From assembly GCA_032718475.1 (NCBI GenBank), contig JAUCBJ010001891.1, forward strand, positions 1-49,741: a stretch of DNA of 49,741 nt. The letters are read 5' to 3'. Source of the DNA: Nemertoderma westbladi. Taxonomy: Eukaryota > Animalia > Xenacoelomorpha. A program made the translations under genes and the position numbers. Shown here one piece after another: positions 1-11,780 of the stretch. Within the stretch, counting starts at the first letter, position 1; each line of letters begins with the position of its first letter. Below the pieces are notes generated by a model. It was not told the DNA's origin. It searched no databases and worked only from the letters and a program-made list of their open reading frames with translations.

Positions 1-1166
1 CTTTTGGGGGATAACTGATTCGTTTGCCTTGCCAACCAGTTCCCCCCCTGTCGCTGAATACTCTAAAAGGGATACCTAGCTAGAATAGTGTAAGCTACCA
101 GCTTATTGGCTGATGTGCTGTACGGAAGTATCTGGGCTCCGTTTAATCGGCCAACCAGCTTAGGGAGGTTGCCTCAGCCCTGCTGTCCGTATCGGCCAAT
201 AGAATTTGAGTGGGCGTTGATTTCGACCTATCCAGAGCTACTGAACTGAAATTTTCCTATCTCACTGCTCATCCTCTGTGTTGAACGGGAGCTTCGTGGA
301 ATAAGGGTAGTTGGTATCCTTGTATAGGGAGCTAGTCATATGATTCTGTTGTTGTGTTCCCATTTTTCGCCATAACACCGGCTTTTGGGAAGAACTCCAG
401 TAAAACTGCTTAAATTATCGAAAGTATAACTGTTACCTTACCTAACTCACTTAATTTAACTGCACTAATCATATTGTTTGTACTGTTATTTACCGTCAGT
501 TATTAATTGTATCGATTTGTTGATGAATTATTGCCCTTTGGAGAATACGGATAAATCACCCAAAATTCCCAATTTTCTTGATACACTACAGGTTAGAGAG
601 ACAGGCTATATATAACAATTGCGATTTATATCAATGTGGTGTGTATTGAATCTAATGTTATTTAGTAGACACTACATGAGTCAATTGCTGTTCTCTTTAT
701 GTGTGATCAAATTTACTGACGGTCGGCAGAATAGTGTGCATGATTGTGAGTGTGACTGGTAACAAAGCATTTCCTAAAGAATGCGCCTTATACTTTAATC
801 ATAAGCCCTATCGTTGCGTTTAGTATAAGTCCTAGCTCTGTTTAAATAGATAGAGCGCCACGTCCTAAAGGAACTGTTAATATTTCCCGAAAGCCAATAA
901 TATCTGTCAGAAATTAATTATTAACGATCAATTGAATAATACAGCAGATTTACACTGCAACCTTACACTGCAATAATAAAATTTAAGCATCCGAATTCAG
1001 CCTCCCGGGCGTAGCCATCGGGTGAATGATCGCGCATGGGCTGGCTTCGGCTAATGTTTTGTTTATTAGCATAAAATATTGTCGTATGCTAAAGGTGTGT
1101 TAATTAACAAAAAGACATATAAATTTTGGCAGGTTAAACTGCTAAAGGTCTTCAAAAGCGCGAACA
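1..1166 (+). repeat. 5' LTR (cut by the window edge)
   Basis: Matches 9629-10794 and ends gcgcgaaca, where the two copies diverge (gtaacag vs cgtttt). Confidence 0.95.
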
Positions 1167-1467
1167 GTAACAGTTATCGATCTTATTGCAGTAAGCAATA
1201 AGGTTGCAAAGTACCGGTCAACCGGTAAACCTGAATCGGTACTTCTGTAGGTCAGTAGGCCCAACTGTCATAACCGGTACCGGTACTGCTGTACAAGTAC
1301 ATTTAGTATTATTTCGATTGTGATAAGATATATTATATATTGTGGGCTGCCAGGGGAATAGGGATTGATCACCCCTCATTCTTTTGTATAGTTTACTTAT
1401 TTCTGTCGGTTTTATTTACATGTAAGTTAATATTGAGCAGAAGACGTGTAACCCTGCTCAGATTGTT

Positions 1468-2045
1468 CAGATAATTGTAGGCTTGACAGTTGTCTGGCTG
1501 TTATTGAGTCTGGAGGGACTGCGGCGTGTGTAGAGTCTGTCCAATAAAGTGCCAGTTAGTAAGTTGGGGCAACTTGTAGTGGTAAGGTCAACCCCCTCTT
1601 AAAGAATAAGTCGTACTACCGAGTAGAACGCATACTAGCTAACCGTTTTGGAATCTGCATATACTGTAGTTTATTTAGGCCTGATGGTGGTCTGCCAGCT
1701 TTTAGGTCTGTGTTTGTTTGTGTAGTCTGTTCAGGTACCGTAATAGTTATTACTCAGATATTTTGTAGGCTGGATTGTTGTCTAGCTATTATTAGGTCTG
1801 AAGAGATTGCTGCGTGTGTAGAGTTTGTCTAATAAAGTGCCAGTTAGTAAGTTGGGGCAACTTGTAGTTATAAGGTCAATCCCCTCTTAAAGAATAAGTC
1901 GTACTACCGTATTAGCACGCATACTAACTAACCATTTTAGAATCTGCACATACGGTAGTTTATTTAGGCTTGGTGGTAGTCTGCCAGCGTTTGGTTTGTA
2001 TTTTGTTTGAGTATTCTGTACGGGTAGCGTAATATTTATTATTCA
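1468..2045 (+). repeat. ~288-bp imperfect tandem duplication in the retroelement 5' leader
   Basis: aataaagtgccagttagtaagttggggcaacttgtag and its flanks occur twice (aagttggggc at 1561 and 1849). Confidence 0.85.
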
Positions 2046-3361
2046 GAGTTTACGCGATTATTCGCAACATTCATGTCCCTAAGTTTATTCCTACAGTAAT
2101 TGTGTTTGTTATACATACCGTTATAGTTAAATTAACCCCGGTACTACACGGGCTGCTTGGCGTAGGTAAAGACTGGTGACTTTGTGCCCCGGTCACTCCA
2201 GCAGATGCCGTGGTTCTTTTAACTGTTCAAGTATATTTAACTGCTAGTTAACTGTTTTAAACAAGTACTTGTACCTAATTTAGGGTTTAGTGTACAGTGC
2301 TTTCCGAGACTAATTAGTGTAGGCATTATTTTGTGTTGTAAAGTGGTTGATAGGCACATTCGTTAGCTCTGTTAACTTCTAGGTAGGAACACTCCGTGAT
2401 ACATAACGTAGTACCTATAGCGATACGGCTATAGGTCGTCAGGCGGTGGTATTTTCCTATCTGGACAACGCAGTGTATTTACTACTACTTATTATTTTCA
2501 AATACCGTAGTACCCTGTCCATTGTAATAACCAGAATTCTAACCCTTTGTTAGGCTGGTTTGTAGACTTCCTATAAAAATTACCCTAAAAATTCGTACGT
2601 AATATTTTTGTTGTGTTTAACTAGAGATTTAATCTCACCCGTATCGTAAGTAATTTGTAGTATTAAGTAACTTAGGTAAATTAGAATTATCTGTTTTAGT
2701 GTCCCATAGGTAGCACTTCACTGAGAGCGCACAGCTTCTGTGTAGTGACTCCCCCAGAAATAATAACATTTATTTCAAATATTGACAAAACCCTTTTAAA
2801 CGGGTATATAAATATTATAAATCAACTCAAACGATTTATAAATAGTAGGCCTGCCATACAACAACTAGGTCTCAATATCAGTTGGACTGCTGCTTAAATA
2901 ACGGTAATAAAGTAAGTTAAAGTAACCAAGTAACCCTAAAATATTCAGAAATTCAATTATTCTAAAATAATTGACATACCGGTATTTACCATAGGCTTAT
3001 TATATTTATTTCTATAAATTTGAGCTGAAATCATACCGGTATTCTGTAATTAATTCTAGTAATAATTATACTTATATATACTATAAGTGTCAGCTGTATA
3101 CCGGTATTCACGATAGGCCTATTATATATTTATATATATTTGTGCTAAAATTATATACCGGTACTCTGTGACAAATCTAGTCTGTAATAATACTTATATA
3201 TATATTATAAGCATACCGGTATTCTAATATATTATATATATATATCACGCTACATTGAGTAGCAGTATCGGTAATTAATTATTAGGCTAGCAGTGATACT
3301 GAATTACTAGACTTGCTTTAACTGTATATATAGTAGTAGGCATCCAACTGTATAAAGCGAA

Positions 3362-5155
3362 ATGTCTGACACAACACAAACATTGTCAGATAGTCTCTTA
3401 GAGGGTTTTAGAATGAGTCGTCGACTTGGACAGTGTCTTGAAAGGAGAGAAGACAGAAAAGAAGCGGAAAGAAAAGTAGCAGCGACAGAAGCAGAAAGAA
3501 AAGCGGCAGAGGCAGTGGCAGAAGCAGAACGGAAGACGTCTGAAGCGACTATCCAACTAGAGCTGGAAAACCTTCAGGCGAAACAAGATTACTTGAAGAA
3601 ACAAACCAGAAGACTACCTGTGCCCAGTAGGACTGTTCCCGAGTCCGAACCCGTCCTGGACGCCGAGCGAGGTATCAAGAATTTATCGCCCGTCGTCTCT
3701 CGCTCGCCCGCTACTACGTTGGCGACTCCCGCTTCGGCGGTTGAGTGGGTAGCTGAGGGACGACGGGAGATGGGTCTCCTGCTCGAGCAGCTGAGGGAAC
3801 ACTGTTTGTGCTCCTCTCAGCAGGTCAGGGAAATGGAAGAGACTGTTCAGCAGCTCAAGGGAACAGTAAGGGAAAGTAGGTTAGAGTTGCAAAAAGTGCA
3901 GCAAAGTATCGCACTAGAATGCGACAAATTAGTCAACCTACAAAAGGGAATACCAATAACCCCTGTAACAGTGTGTCAACCTGTTAGGTCTGAAGTATTA
4001 CATGCGCAAGGTGTGGAGCCTACACGCATCTATACTGCTAGTGAAGTAGAAACTCCTATAGCAAACCCTATTAAGGGTGATTATACGCCTGTTGTTAATG
4101 ACATTCCCAATAGACCTGATAATAATCCGAGAAATTTATATACCGATAACTCGATATTCAATAACACGATGGCCCAAGAAAGTTTTACGCGTCAAATGGC
4201 TAGAACCGAAGCCCGTCAAGCAGTAAAGGTTGGAGAGATAGTCAAGTTCAATGGAGATGAGATGAAATGGTTACCTTTTAATGAATATTATAAAGATAAC
4301 ATACAGAACTCTGTGTTATCCAACGGAGAGAAACTTAGATTCCTCATCGAGTGCTTGGAAGGACCTCCCAAGTCAATGGCGTTAAAATTTATTGGACATC
4401 CAGATGGATTAAGACAAGTTTGGGATACACTAAACATCAGGTTTGGTAATAGGAATAACATAGCTAGGTATTTATATGCGAAATTAATGGCCCCCCGAAA
4501 GTTTCTTAGCAGCGGGATTATAGAGTTTTCCGATGAGATTCAGGAGATCTGTAGACAACTAGATTGGTTAGGTAAGTCTCATGAATACCAGAATTCTATG
4601 GTTGTAGGAGCCTTAGCATCTACTTTGCCCAAGGGTAGAGTAGGTACACGCTGGGACAAGAAGGTGTTATATACGATGGAACAACAACAACGAGACCCTA
4701 CCATGGCTGATCTCATGTCATTCTTGGATGGCGAAGTGAAATTACAACTCCTAAAGCAATCCAGAGAGAAAACACCGGAAAATAAGGTAAGTGAGAAACC
4801 CGTTTCTAGGAGAAGAGTAACACCGGTGTGTTATACTGATGACGGCGAAAGCCAAGCTTCTCAAGAAGAAGACAGCGGGAAAGACACCGAGAAATTTTAC
4901 TATGTTAACAAGACCTCAAAGGACGTAAGTAAATCTAAAGCTCGAACCCATGACAGGAGAGAACAGGTTGCTAAGACTCCTCTTCAGTTTCCTAACAGAG
5001 TACACGGAAGAAAGCCCGAAGAAAGAACTAGAGTGCATAACGTCACCCAAAATAAGGTGAGTAACATTAAACCCAACTGTGCGCTGTGCGACGGGCCCCA
5101 CCGTTTGATTTGCGTGTGCGGAATTCCTAAAGAAATCCTTGGTAGACAGACGTGA
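3362..5155 (+). CDS. gag: Bel/Pao Gag (N-terminal coiled coil, DUF1759-like capsid region, start of first Zn knuckle)
   Basis: 597-aa ORF with KFNGDEMKWLPF...LSNGEKLRFLIECLEGPPK...WDTLNIRFGN, typical of Pao gag. It ends in CALCDGPH just before a +1 frameshift. Confidence 0.9.
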   Translation: MSDTTQTLSDSLLEGFRMSRRLGQCLERREDRKEAERKVAATEAERKAAEAVAEAERKTSEATIQLELENLQAKQDYLKKQTRRLPVPSRTVPESEPVLDAERGIKNLSPVVSRSPATTLATPASAVEWVAEGRREMGLLLEQLREHCLCSSQQVREMEETVQQLKGTVRESRLELQKVQQSIALECDKLVNLQKGIPITPVTVCQPVRSEVLHAQGVEPTRIYTASEVETPIANPIKGDYTPVVNDIPNRPDNNPRNLYTDNSIFNNTMAQESFTRQMARTEARQAVKVGEIVKFNGDEMKWLPFNEYYKDNIQNSVLSNGEKLRFLIECLEGPPKSMALKFIGHPDGLRQVWDTLNIRFGNRNNIARYLYAKLMAPRKFLSSGIIEFSDEIQEICRQLDWLGKSHEYQNSMVVGALASTLPKGRVGTRWDKKVLYTMEQQQRDPTMADLMSFLDGEVKLQLLKQSREKTPENKVSEKPVSRRRVTPVCYTDDGESQASQEEDSGKDTEKFYYVNKTSKDVSKSKARTHDRREQVAKTPLQFPNRVHGRKPEERTRVHNVTQNKVSNIKPNCALCDGPHRLICVCGIPKEILGRQT

Positions 5156-6512
5156 AGTCATGTGGGATAAGCGGTTATGCTACAATTGTCTCAGACGCGG
5201 ACACCAGCGGCGAACCTGTTACTCCGACATAAAGTGTGCAAAGTGCGGTGCGAAACATCACATCTTGTTACAAAGTGAATTTGAACGAAACAGCCCGAGT
5301 CAGGTAAGTGAGCCCAAATCACATGTCCAATTCAGTGATGTGAACGACACTGACCAAAGTTCTGAGTGGGAAGGATTCTATACGGACGAATTCTCCGACG
5401 CCAACGAATCCTGTTACCTAATAAATACCCCAGTGTATCGAGCACTTACTTACGAAAAGGACACCGACAATGAGTTCCCCCCAACTACCTTCGACAGACA
5501 ACCATCCTGGAAACCTTCAACTTCCAACGTAGGAATCAGAGAATTTCCTGTAGTGCAGGTAAGAGTTCAGGGTCCTAACAAAAGTTACATAGTGAATGCC
5601 CTCCTTGACTCCGGCAGTACAGGAACATTCATCGATCAAGAACTAGCCGAAGACATCTTTGCTGGACAACCCAAATTCCGAACTAAGTTAAATATGTCAG
5701 GAGTTATACAGGTTTGGAAATCTACCATAACGGCAGATTACTATGTAGGTGCGTTGTCCACCCCACAGGATAAATTAGGAGAACAAAGTATAAGGTCAGT
5801 AAAAATGGTAGCTATAAAGAACTTCGCTAATACCCAAGTAGAGCCTTATAACTGGAACGAGGACAAGAGCATCCAACAACTTAAAATACCTCGATTCCAG
5901 ACGGATTATCCTGGAGTGCAAATACTTATCGGCCAAAACGCGCACGAGGCGCTCGAGACATTGGAAAAACGACCTGCTCAACCGCAGCCACTACAAACCT
6001 ATGCGGTAAGAACTAGAGTAGGTTGGTACTTTACTGGCCCTTCCCGCAGAACTCTCGAAGAGAGACTACCACCAGAAAGAATATGCCAGATAAATGGTTG
6101 GGAAGTGGAGAGCAGTGAAGTGGACGAACTAACTGAGGGAACACCATACTCCTCAGATAATGACGATATTAACTCCAATGAAGATCAATGGAGACATCGC
6201 CCCGAGATGATTAATCTAGCCGACATCGCTTCCAGAGGAGCGACTCCTCAAGAACGGATAGACACTCCCGGCTGGTTAGGTGGACCCGACTCCCTAAGTA
6301 AAGAAAAAGATGAATGGCCTCCTCATCTTACCACGGCGGAGGTTAGACAGGCCAAGGGAGCGGAGAAAGTAACACAACAACTCAATCGCCCAGCTAGTCG
6401 TTTATGTTTACTGGAAAGAGACCGAAAACTGTCCGGAAACTATGGAAGGCAAGATACTCTTCCTACGACTACTTCCCTAATCCGACAAATATCTAGGGAC
6501 TCCATAACATGA
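5100..6512 (+). pseudogene. pol: Bel/Pao Zn knuckles, aspartic protease and fused remnants of the RNaseH end and integrase C-terminus; RT and integrase core absent
   Basis: CYNCLRRGHQRRTC, CAKCGAKHHILL, ALLDSGSTGTFI (~5607), ILIG...AVRTRVGW, then QWRH..NLADIASRG..WLGGP..EWP (6186-6320) and RPASRLCLLE (~6387-6416). No YVDD or DDE motifs. Confidence 0.88.
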
Positions 6513-7064
6513 TAGCATGCGGAGTGGGCGTGTGACTATATCATTTTATATTTGTTTTTATTTTATATTTATGTATGTATTACTATGTAATTTTATTATA
6601 ATCGTTTTCTTTAATTTTATTTAGTAGAATGTTATTTTAGGGATTATTTAGTAGATTAGTGCAATATATTAGTGTTTATTACGTACGTAATTATTTATAA
6701 TATATATTTAGTGCGACGGCGAGAAATAATTATTTTTTCTCTTTCCTTACTGTCCGTATCATATTATAAATACGTGACTACAGTAAGATGAAATGTCCGT
6801 ACTTATTAAAGTACAATAAAGCCACTACTATATTTAAGTATTATTGGTAGGCAGAGTATTAGGAATGCAAAGTTCAGATCCTCGAGTCTCGGCTAAACCA
6901 AGCTCTGGGTAGACCTTGGAAACGACTTGCCTCTTCACACTGACATTGCTTCGTGCGATATTGCTCTTCTACCTTATAACAAATAATACATATAGTAGCG
7001 TGATGTCCCTCTAACAGTAGCGTAAATCGCAAATAAATCTGTTAAACTTTTTGACCATCTGTAA

Positions 7065-7325
7065 TTCTAGTCGATTAAGATATCGTGGCACCCACCGATA
7101 TACTTGAAAGACAAATTCTAGAATCAGTGGTTAACGTCCCCAGACAAGTTCTGGAATAAATCGGTGCCCATCCTAAATATTAATTTAATATTAATTAAAA
7201 TCTGTAAAATTCAGATCCTTTAAAATTTCTAGTCAATTAAGATATCGCAGTATTTACCGATATTCTTAAAAGGACGATTTCATAGAATTAAGGATCCTGA
7301 GTCCCCAGACATGCTCTGGAATAAA
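7065..7325 (+). repeat. Imperfect direct repeat (~100 bp aligned, ~162-bp period) in the element's 3' internal region
   Basis: ttctagtc(g/a)attaagatatcg...gtccccagac..(t/c)tctggaataaa at ~7065 and ~7227. Confidence 0.75.
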
Positions 7326-8138
7326 ATTTGTGTCAATTTAACATCAAATAATAAAATTCACGGGAATAAATTTAAATTCATATTTAAATGAATTTCATAA
7401 ATTGTCATTTTGTGCAATTTATAACATTCCCAAAATTCCAGTAATTAATAGATCATGGGAGCGGAGATTCATATTGAATGTGTTAGAGTGCGAGAATCTC
7501 CAACATATAGTCAATAGCCGATAAAATTTATAAAATCATGCATAAAGAGGATATTGACACTTAAAGAATTACTATTAAATAACATCCCAGATCTGTATGC
7601 ATGAGAATTACCCTAATTCTACCGCTAGTTTTCCATAATGTCACCATGGCAACACCCACGCTAGAATTAGAAGCAAGTTAAAAGAACAATAAAAGGCTTG
7701 CCCCATTGCGTAGCATAAGAGGATACATAGCGCACTATTAGTATCAAAGGATACATAGTAATAACGTGACATTCTGGAAGACACTGACTAACGGACAAAT
7801 GGCCTGCATGTGTGCAGTAAGTAATGATTGTATGGAATTTGTGCGTTTATAGGTGAATGTTACTACTAAAGTGTGTTTACAGTAGCTAATCGCAATTGTA
7901 AAGTAGCCCTAACTCTACCGAGATAACCTCAAGTGGATTCAAGCCTTTGGGACGGACAGTGGTGGGACTTGTGCCGGTTGTCGTTGTCGTGTTGTTGCTA
8001 CATGTTGGCGTGAACACCGCGACAACGGTACATCGGCGCTGAGAAACCCACTGTCCGGGGGCAAAGCCTAGTAGGCAGCGACGCCCGCTTGCCTAAAATA
8101 TTAACTCATATTGATATTAATAAACTCAGATAGCAGAT

Positions 8139-9097
8139 ATGACGGAATTGATAGAAGATGACCTTGGTATTAGAGAGCGATATACTCTACCTTTACAAGC
8201 GTTTGTGGATAGCTTGATACGCGGTGAAGCCGATCCGACTATTACGGAGGACGATGGTCGTTATATCGAACCGCCGATGTCCCAGGAACAACTTACGCGT
8301 GAATTGGACTATAGAAAATTCACCCTCGCTATACGAATCGTAATGGTACATATATGGACTTCTTAACTACCGGCCATCCTACCGATTTACATGATACGGA
8401 AGATGTAGACACCGAAAGGGAAATGGTTTTATTTAAATATCATGCCCAGCGGAATCGTAATGATAAACCGAGAATAGAACACGAGAACTCTATTCGCAAC
8501 CTACTCGACAGAGAAAACGTTGAAGAACCCGATAAGCGTATCAACTTCAACGACTACTTGGAATTTTTGAGAGAAACCTATCTCAATATTGCCAGTCAAC
8601 AGAACCTAGAGACTCGATATCCTCAAGGTATACATCACGATCCCATGGTAGAACTCAAACGACTCTATTTCACCATGATGTATCTTACCGCAGATCGTCC
8701 GCTGCCTGTTGTCCCGGACAGCTTTGAACAAATGGAAGAGTATTGCAAAACTGGAGAACGATCACCCGCGTTTCCTCTGCAGGACGTACGTCTTTGGTAT
8801 TATTGTGACTCATGTCCTAGACCTAACCAGCAAACGGAAAGACATAAACATCCGCAGAGACGTTACGCTAAACACAGTTTTACGCATTATACTTACGGGA
8901 GTTTCGAGCGAAACCTGTTCGACGTATCACCTACGATCGCTCGTCTCGAACGATCACTAAACAAACCCATGATCGGAGTTCCGGAATACTCGGTCAGACC
9001 TCCTCATTCCCTAGTGAGATCTCAGACTCTTGATCCTATTGGTATGACGGATCCTCCCGAGCTGTATTCACTTTTCAAAGATCTAGTGTTACCCTAA
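8139..9097 (+). CDS. Orphan extra ORF in the retroelement 3' region (75 aa and 247 aa halves, probably one ~318-aa frame split by an AT slip)
   Basis: Overlapping ORFs 8139-8366 and 8354-9097. Removing one AT from catatatgg (~8350) joins them. Complex, protein-like composition with WYYCDSCP; no family recognised. Confidence 0.55.
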
Positions 9098-9620
9098 CAA
9101 TTAATCGGTAACACTCCAGCAGTAAGCTCTAGCTAGTCACCAATCTTATCTAGCCGTATTGAGACGCGGACACCTAAAACCTGCGTTTGTTCATATAAAC
9201 GTAAGTTGTAATGGCAAGTCCAAGCGATAAACGAATTGGATTTATCTCAGTTCGATTGGGAAATCCAGAATCTCTAAGACGATATCGGACTTGGACGATT
9301 CTATTCTCGGCGAGAGTTTTGGACGAACGTTTTCAACAATGAGCGGAGTAAAATCAGCTCGAGGAGAAGCATATCGAAACGGCGGATATACCGATCGTAA
9401 TCCCATACCTTCTGATGCAATCATATTGCACCCTTCACCCAGGAGTTATAGCCCTCCTTGTAAAGTGGCTCGCCCCAAAGAGAAAAAGACTCTTGCTAGC
9501 TTTAAAGAACTGCGTAAACGCCGTCCGCGCATGAAAGACTAACTGTTTAGAGTATTTTCGTATTTGAGAAACTGTGATTTTGTATATTTTATAGACTTAA
9601 ATCCCATTTTCTGGGAGCGG

Positions 9621-10794
9621 TGTAAAAGCTTTTGGGGGATAACTGATTCGTTTGCCTTGCCAACCAGTTCCCCCCCTGTCGCTGAATACTCTAAAAGGGA
9701 TACCTAGCTAGAATAGTGTAAGCTACCAGCTTATTGGCTGATGTGCTGTACGGAAGTATCTGGGCTCCGTTTAATCGGCCAACCAGCTTAGGGAGGTTGC
9801 CTCAGCCCTGCTGTCCGTATCGGCCAATAGAATTTGAGTGGGCGTTGATTTCGACCTATCCAGAGCTACTGAACTGAAATTTTCCTATCTCACTGCTCAT
9901 CCTCTGTGTTGAACGGGAGCTTCGTGGAATAAGGGTAGTTGGTATCCTTGTATAGGGAGCTAGTCATATGATTCTGTTGTTGTGTTCCCATTTTTCGCCA
10001 TAACACCGGCTTTTGGGAAGAACTCCAGTAAAACTGCTTAAATTATCGAAAGTATAACTGTTACCTTACCTAACTCACTTAATTTAACTGCACTAATCAT
10101 ATTGTTTGTACTGTTATTTACCGTCAGTTATTAATTGTATCGATTTGTTGATGAATTATTGCCCTTTGGAGAATACGGATAAATCACCCAAAATTCCCAA
10201 TTTTCTTGATACACTACAGGTTAGAGAGACAGGCTATATATAACAATTGCGATTTATATCAATGTGGTGTGTATTGAATCTAATGTTATTTAGTAGACAC
10301 TACATGAGTCAATTGCTGTTCTCTTTATGTGTGATCAAATTTACTGACGGTCGGCAGAATAGTGTGCATGATTGTGAGTGTGACTGGTAACAAAGCATTT
10401 CCTAAAGAATGCGCCTTATACTTTAATCATAAGCCCTATCGTTGCGTTTAGTATAAGTCCTAGCTCTGTTTAAATAGATAGAGCGCCACGTCCTAAAGGA
10501 ACTGTTAATATTTCCCGAAAGCCAATAATATCTGTCAGAAATTAATTATTAACGATCAATTGAATAATACAGCAGATTTACACTGCAACCTTACACTGCA
10601 ATAATAAAATTTAAGCATCCGAATTCAGCCTCCCGGGCGTAGCCATCGGGTGAATAATCGCGCATGGGCTGGCTTCGGCTAATGTTTTGTTTATTAGCAT
10701 AAAATATTGTCGTATGCTAAAGGTGTGTTAATTAACAAAAAGACATATAAATTTTGGCAGGTTAAACTGCTAAAGGTCTTCAAAAGCGCGAACA
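9621..10794 (+). repeat. 3' LTR, 1174 bp, TGT...ACA
   Basis: Starts tgtaaaag after purine tract 9613-9620. One difference seen versus the 5' LTR (A10656 vs G1028). Confidence 0.95.
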
Positions 10795-11780
10795 CGTTTT
10801 CAACATTGAAACTATTTCAATACAACTAAATAGTACAGTAATAATTTTACGGAGCATTTCTAACGTTCTAAAATGAGAAATTTCTTCCTGACTGAAAACA
10901 AAGATTAGTTCTAGAGGCCTTTGGGACTCAATGTATCTCACCTTAATATATCGAAGATTCAACTCCTTAAATAATTCGGATTGTTGGTCTAGTTGGAATA
11001 TAAGATATGTTGCCGACATCTCAATGTTAAATAATAACCTGTCCGAGTTGAACTGAAGTTGTTGATTTAGAAGTCAAGAGTTGATACTTGTCTGGAAAAT
11101 AGCAAAACGGAAATGATTTCGTATAAAAATTGATTAGCTTATCTAATAATTAATTTTTAACGAATTCGTTTTTTTAATTTTTCACTCACCAAAATGTAAA
11201 ATAATCGTAATTTTTATCTTAAGTATTTCCCTAAGTTCTAAACAGAGACGTTATTTGTGAAAAATGGTTCTGGGGTTGGTTATTCAACTCAATGTAACTC
11301 ACCGACGACATATCGAAGCTTGTCTTACTGGATCTTTCGGAGATTTTGAGCTAATTTCATTGAGTTGTAGATTTGGGAACCTTCTAGATAATTGTCTGAA
11401 ATATAAAAAAAATGAAATATTATGATTACATAACTTTAATTAGATCATCTAAAAGGTTAGTTTAACAAACTCTGCAACAAATTATTAAACACTTAGTCTG
11501 TTGTTGTTATTTAATAGCAAAAACCAATACCGGTACCATTATAGAGGTAGGACAAGTAACTAAGTCATTGTATATGTTATGCCCAACTGCTATACTTACT
11601 TTAGTATTTATTTAGTTAGTGGCGAACAACTGGGTTTCTTCATTAAATTTACTAAATTGTGTTTTTTTTGCGGCAGACTTAATCTATAAATAAATTAGGA
11701 ATAATAAATGTCTAAATGGCAGTTTAATGGAAAATTAAATCATTAGCTAAACATCAGCTTGAGAAAACAAACTAACAAAC
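10795..11780. repeat. Segmental duplication block, paralogous to 27079-27395 plus 28865-29470
   Basis: tcaacattgaaact...aaatagcaaaacg is nearly identical at 10800-11110 and 27083-27392. 11230-11780 aligns more loosely to 28870-29470. Confidence 0.9.

Larger units (their letters stand above)
1..10794 (+). mobile_element. Bel/Pao LTR retrotransposon, non-autonomous (internally deleted pol); the first 8 bp of the 5' LTR lie outside the window
   Basis: Direct repeats 1-1166 and 9629-10794 (offset 9628). The 3' copy is bounded TGT..ACA (9621-10794) and preceded by purine tract gggagcgg. Internal Pao-type Gag, three Cys/His knuckles, a DSG protease and RNaseH/integrase tail motifs. Confidence 0.95.

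Noticed and set aside
8139-9542. env gene of an endogenous retrovirus-like element
   Set aside because: No signal peptide, furin site with fusion peptide, or transmembrane anchor is visible.
10780-11019. 79-aa minus-strand ORF
   Set aside because: It reads through a splice donor and into the LTR end; at most part of a decayed exon.
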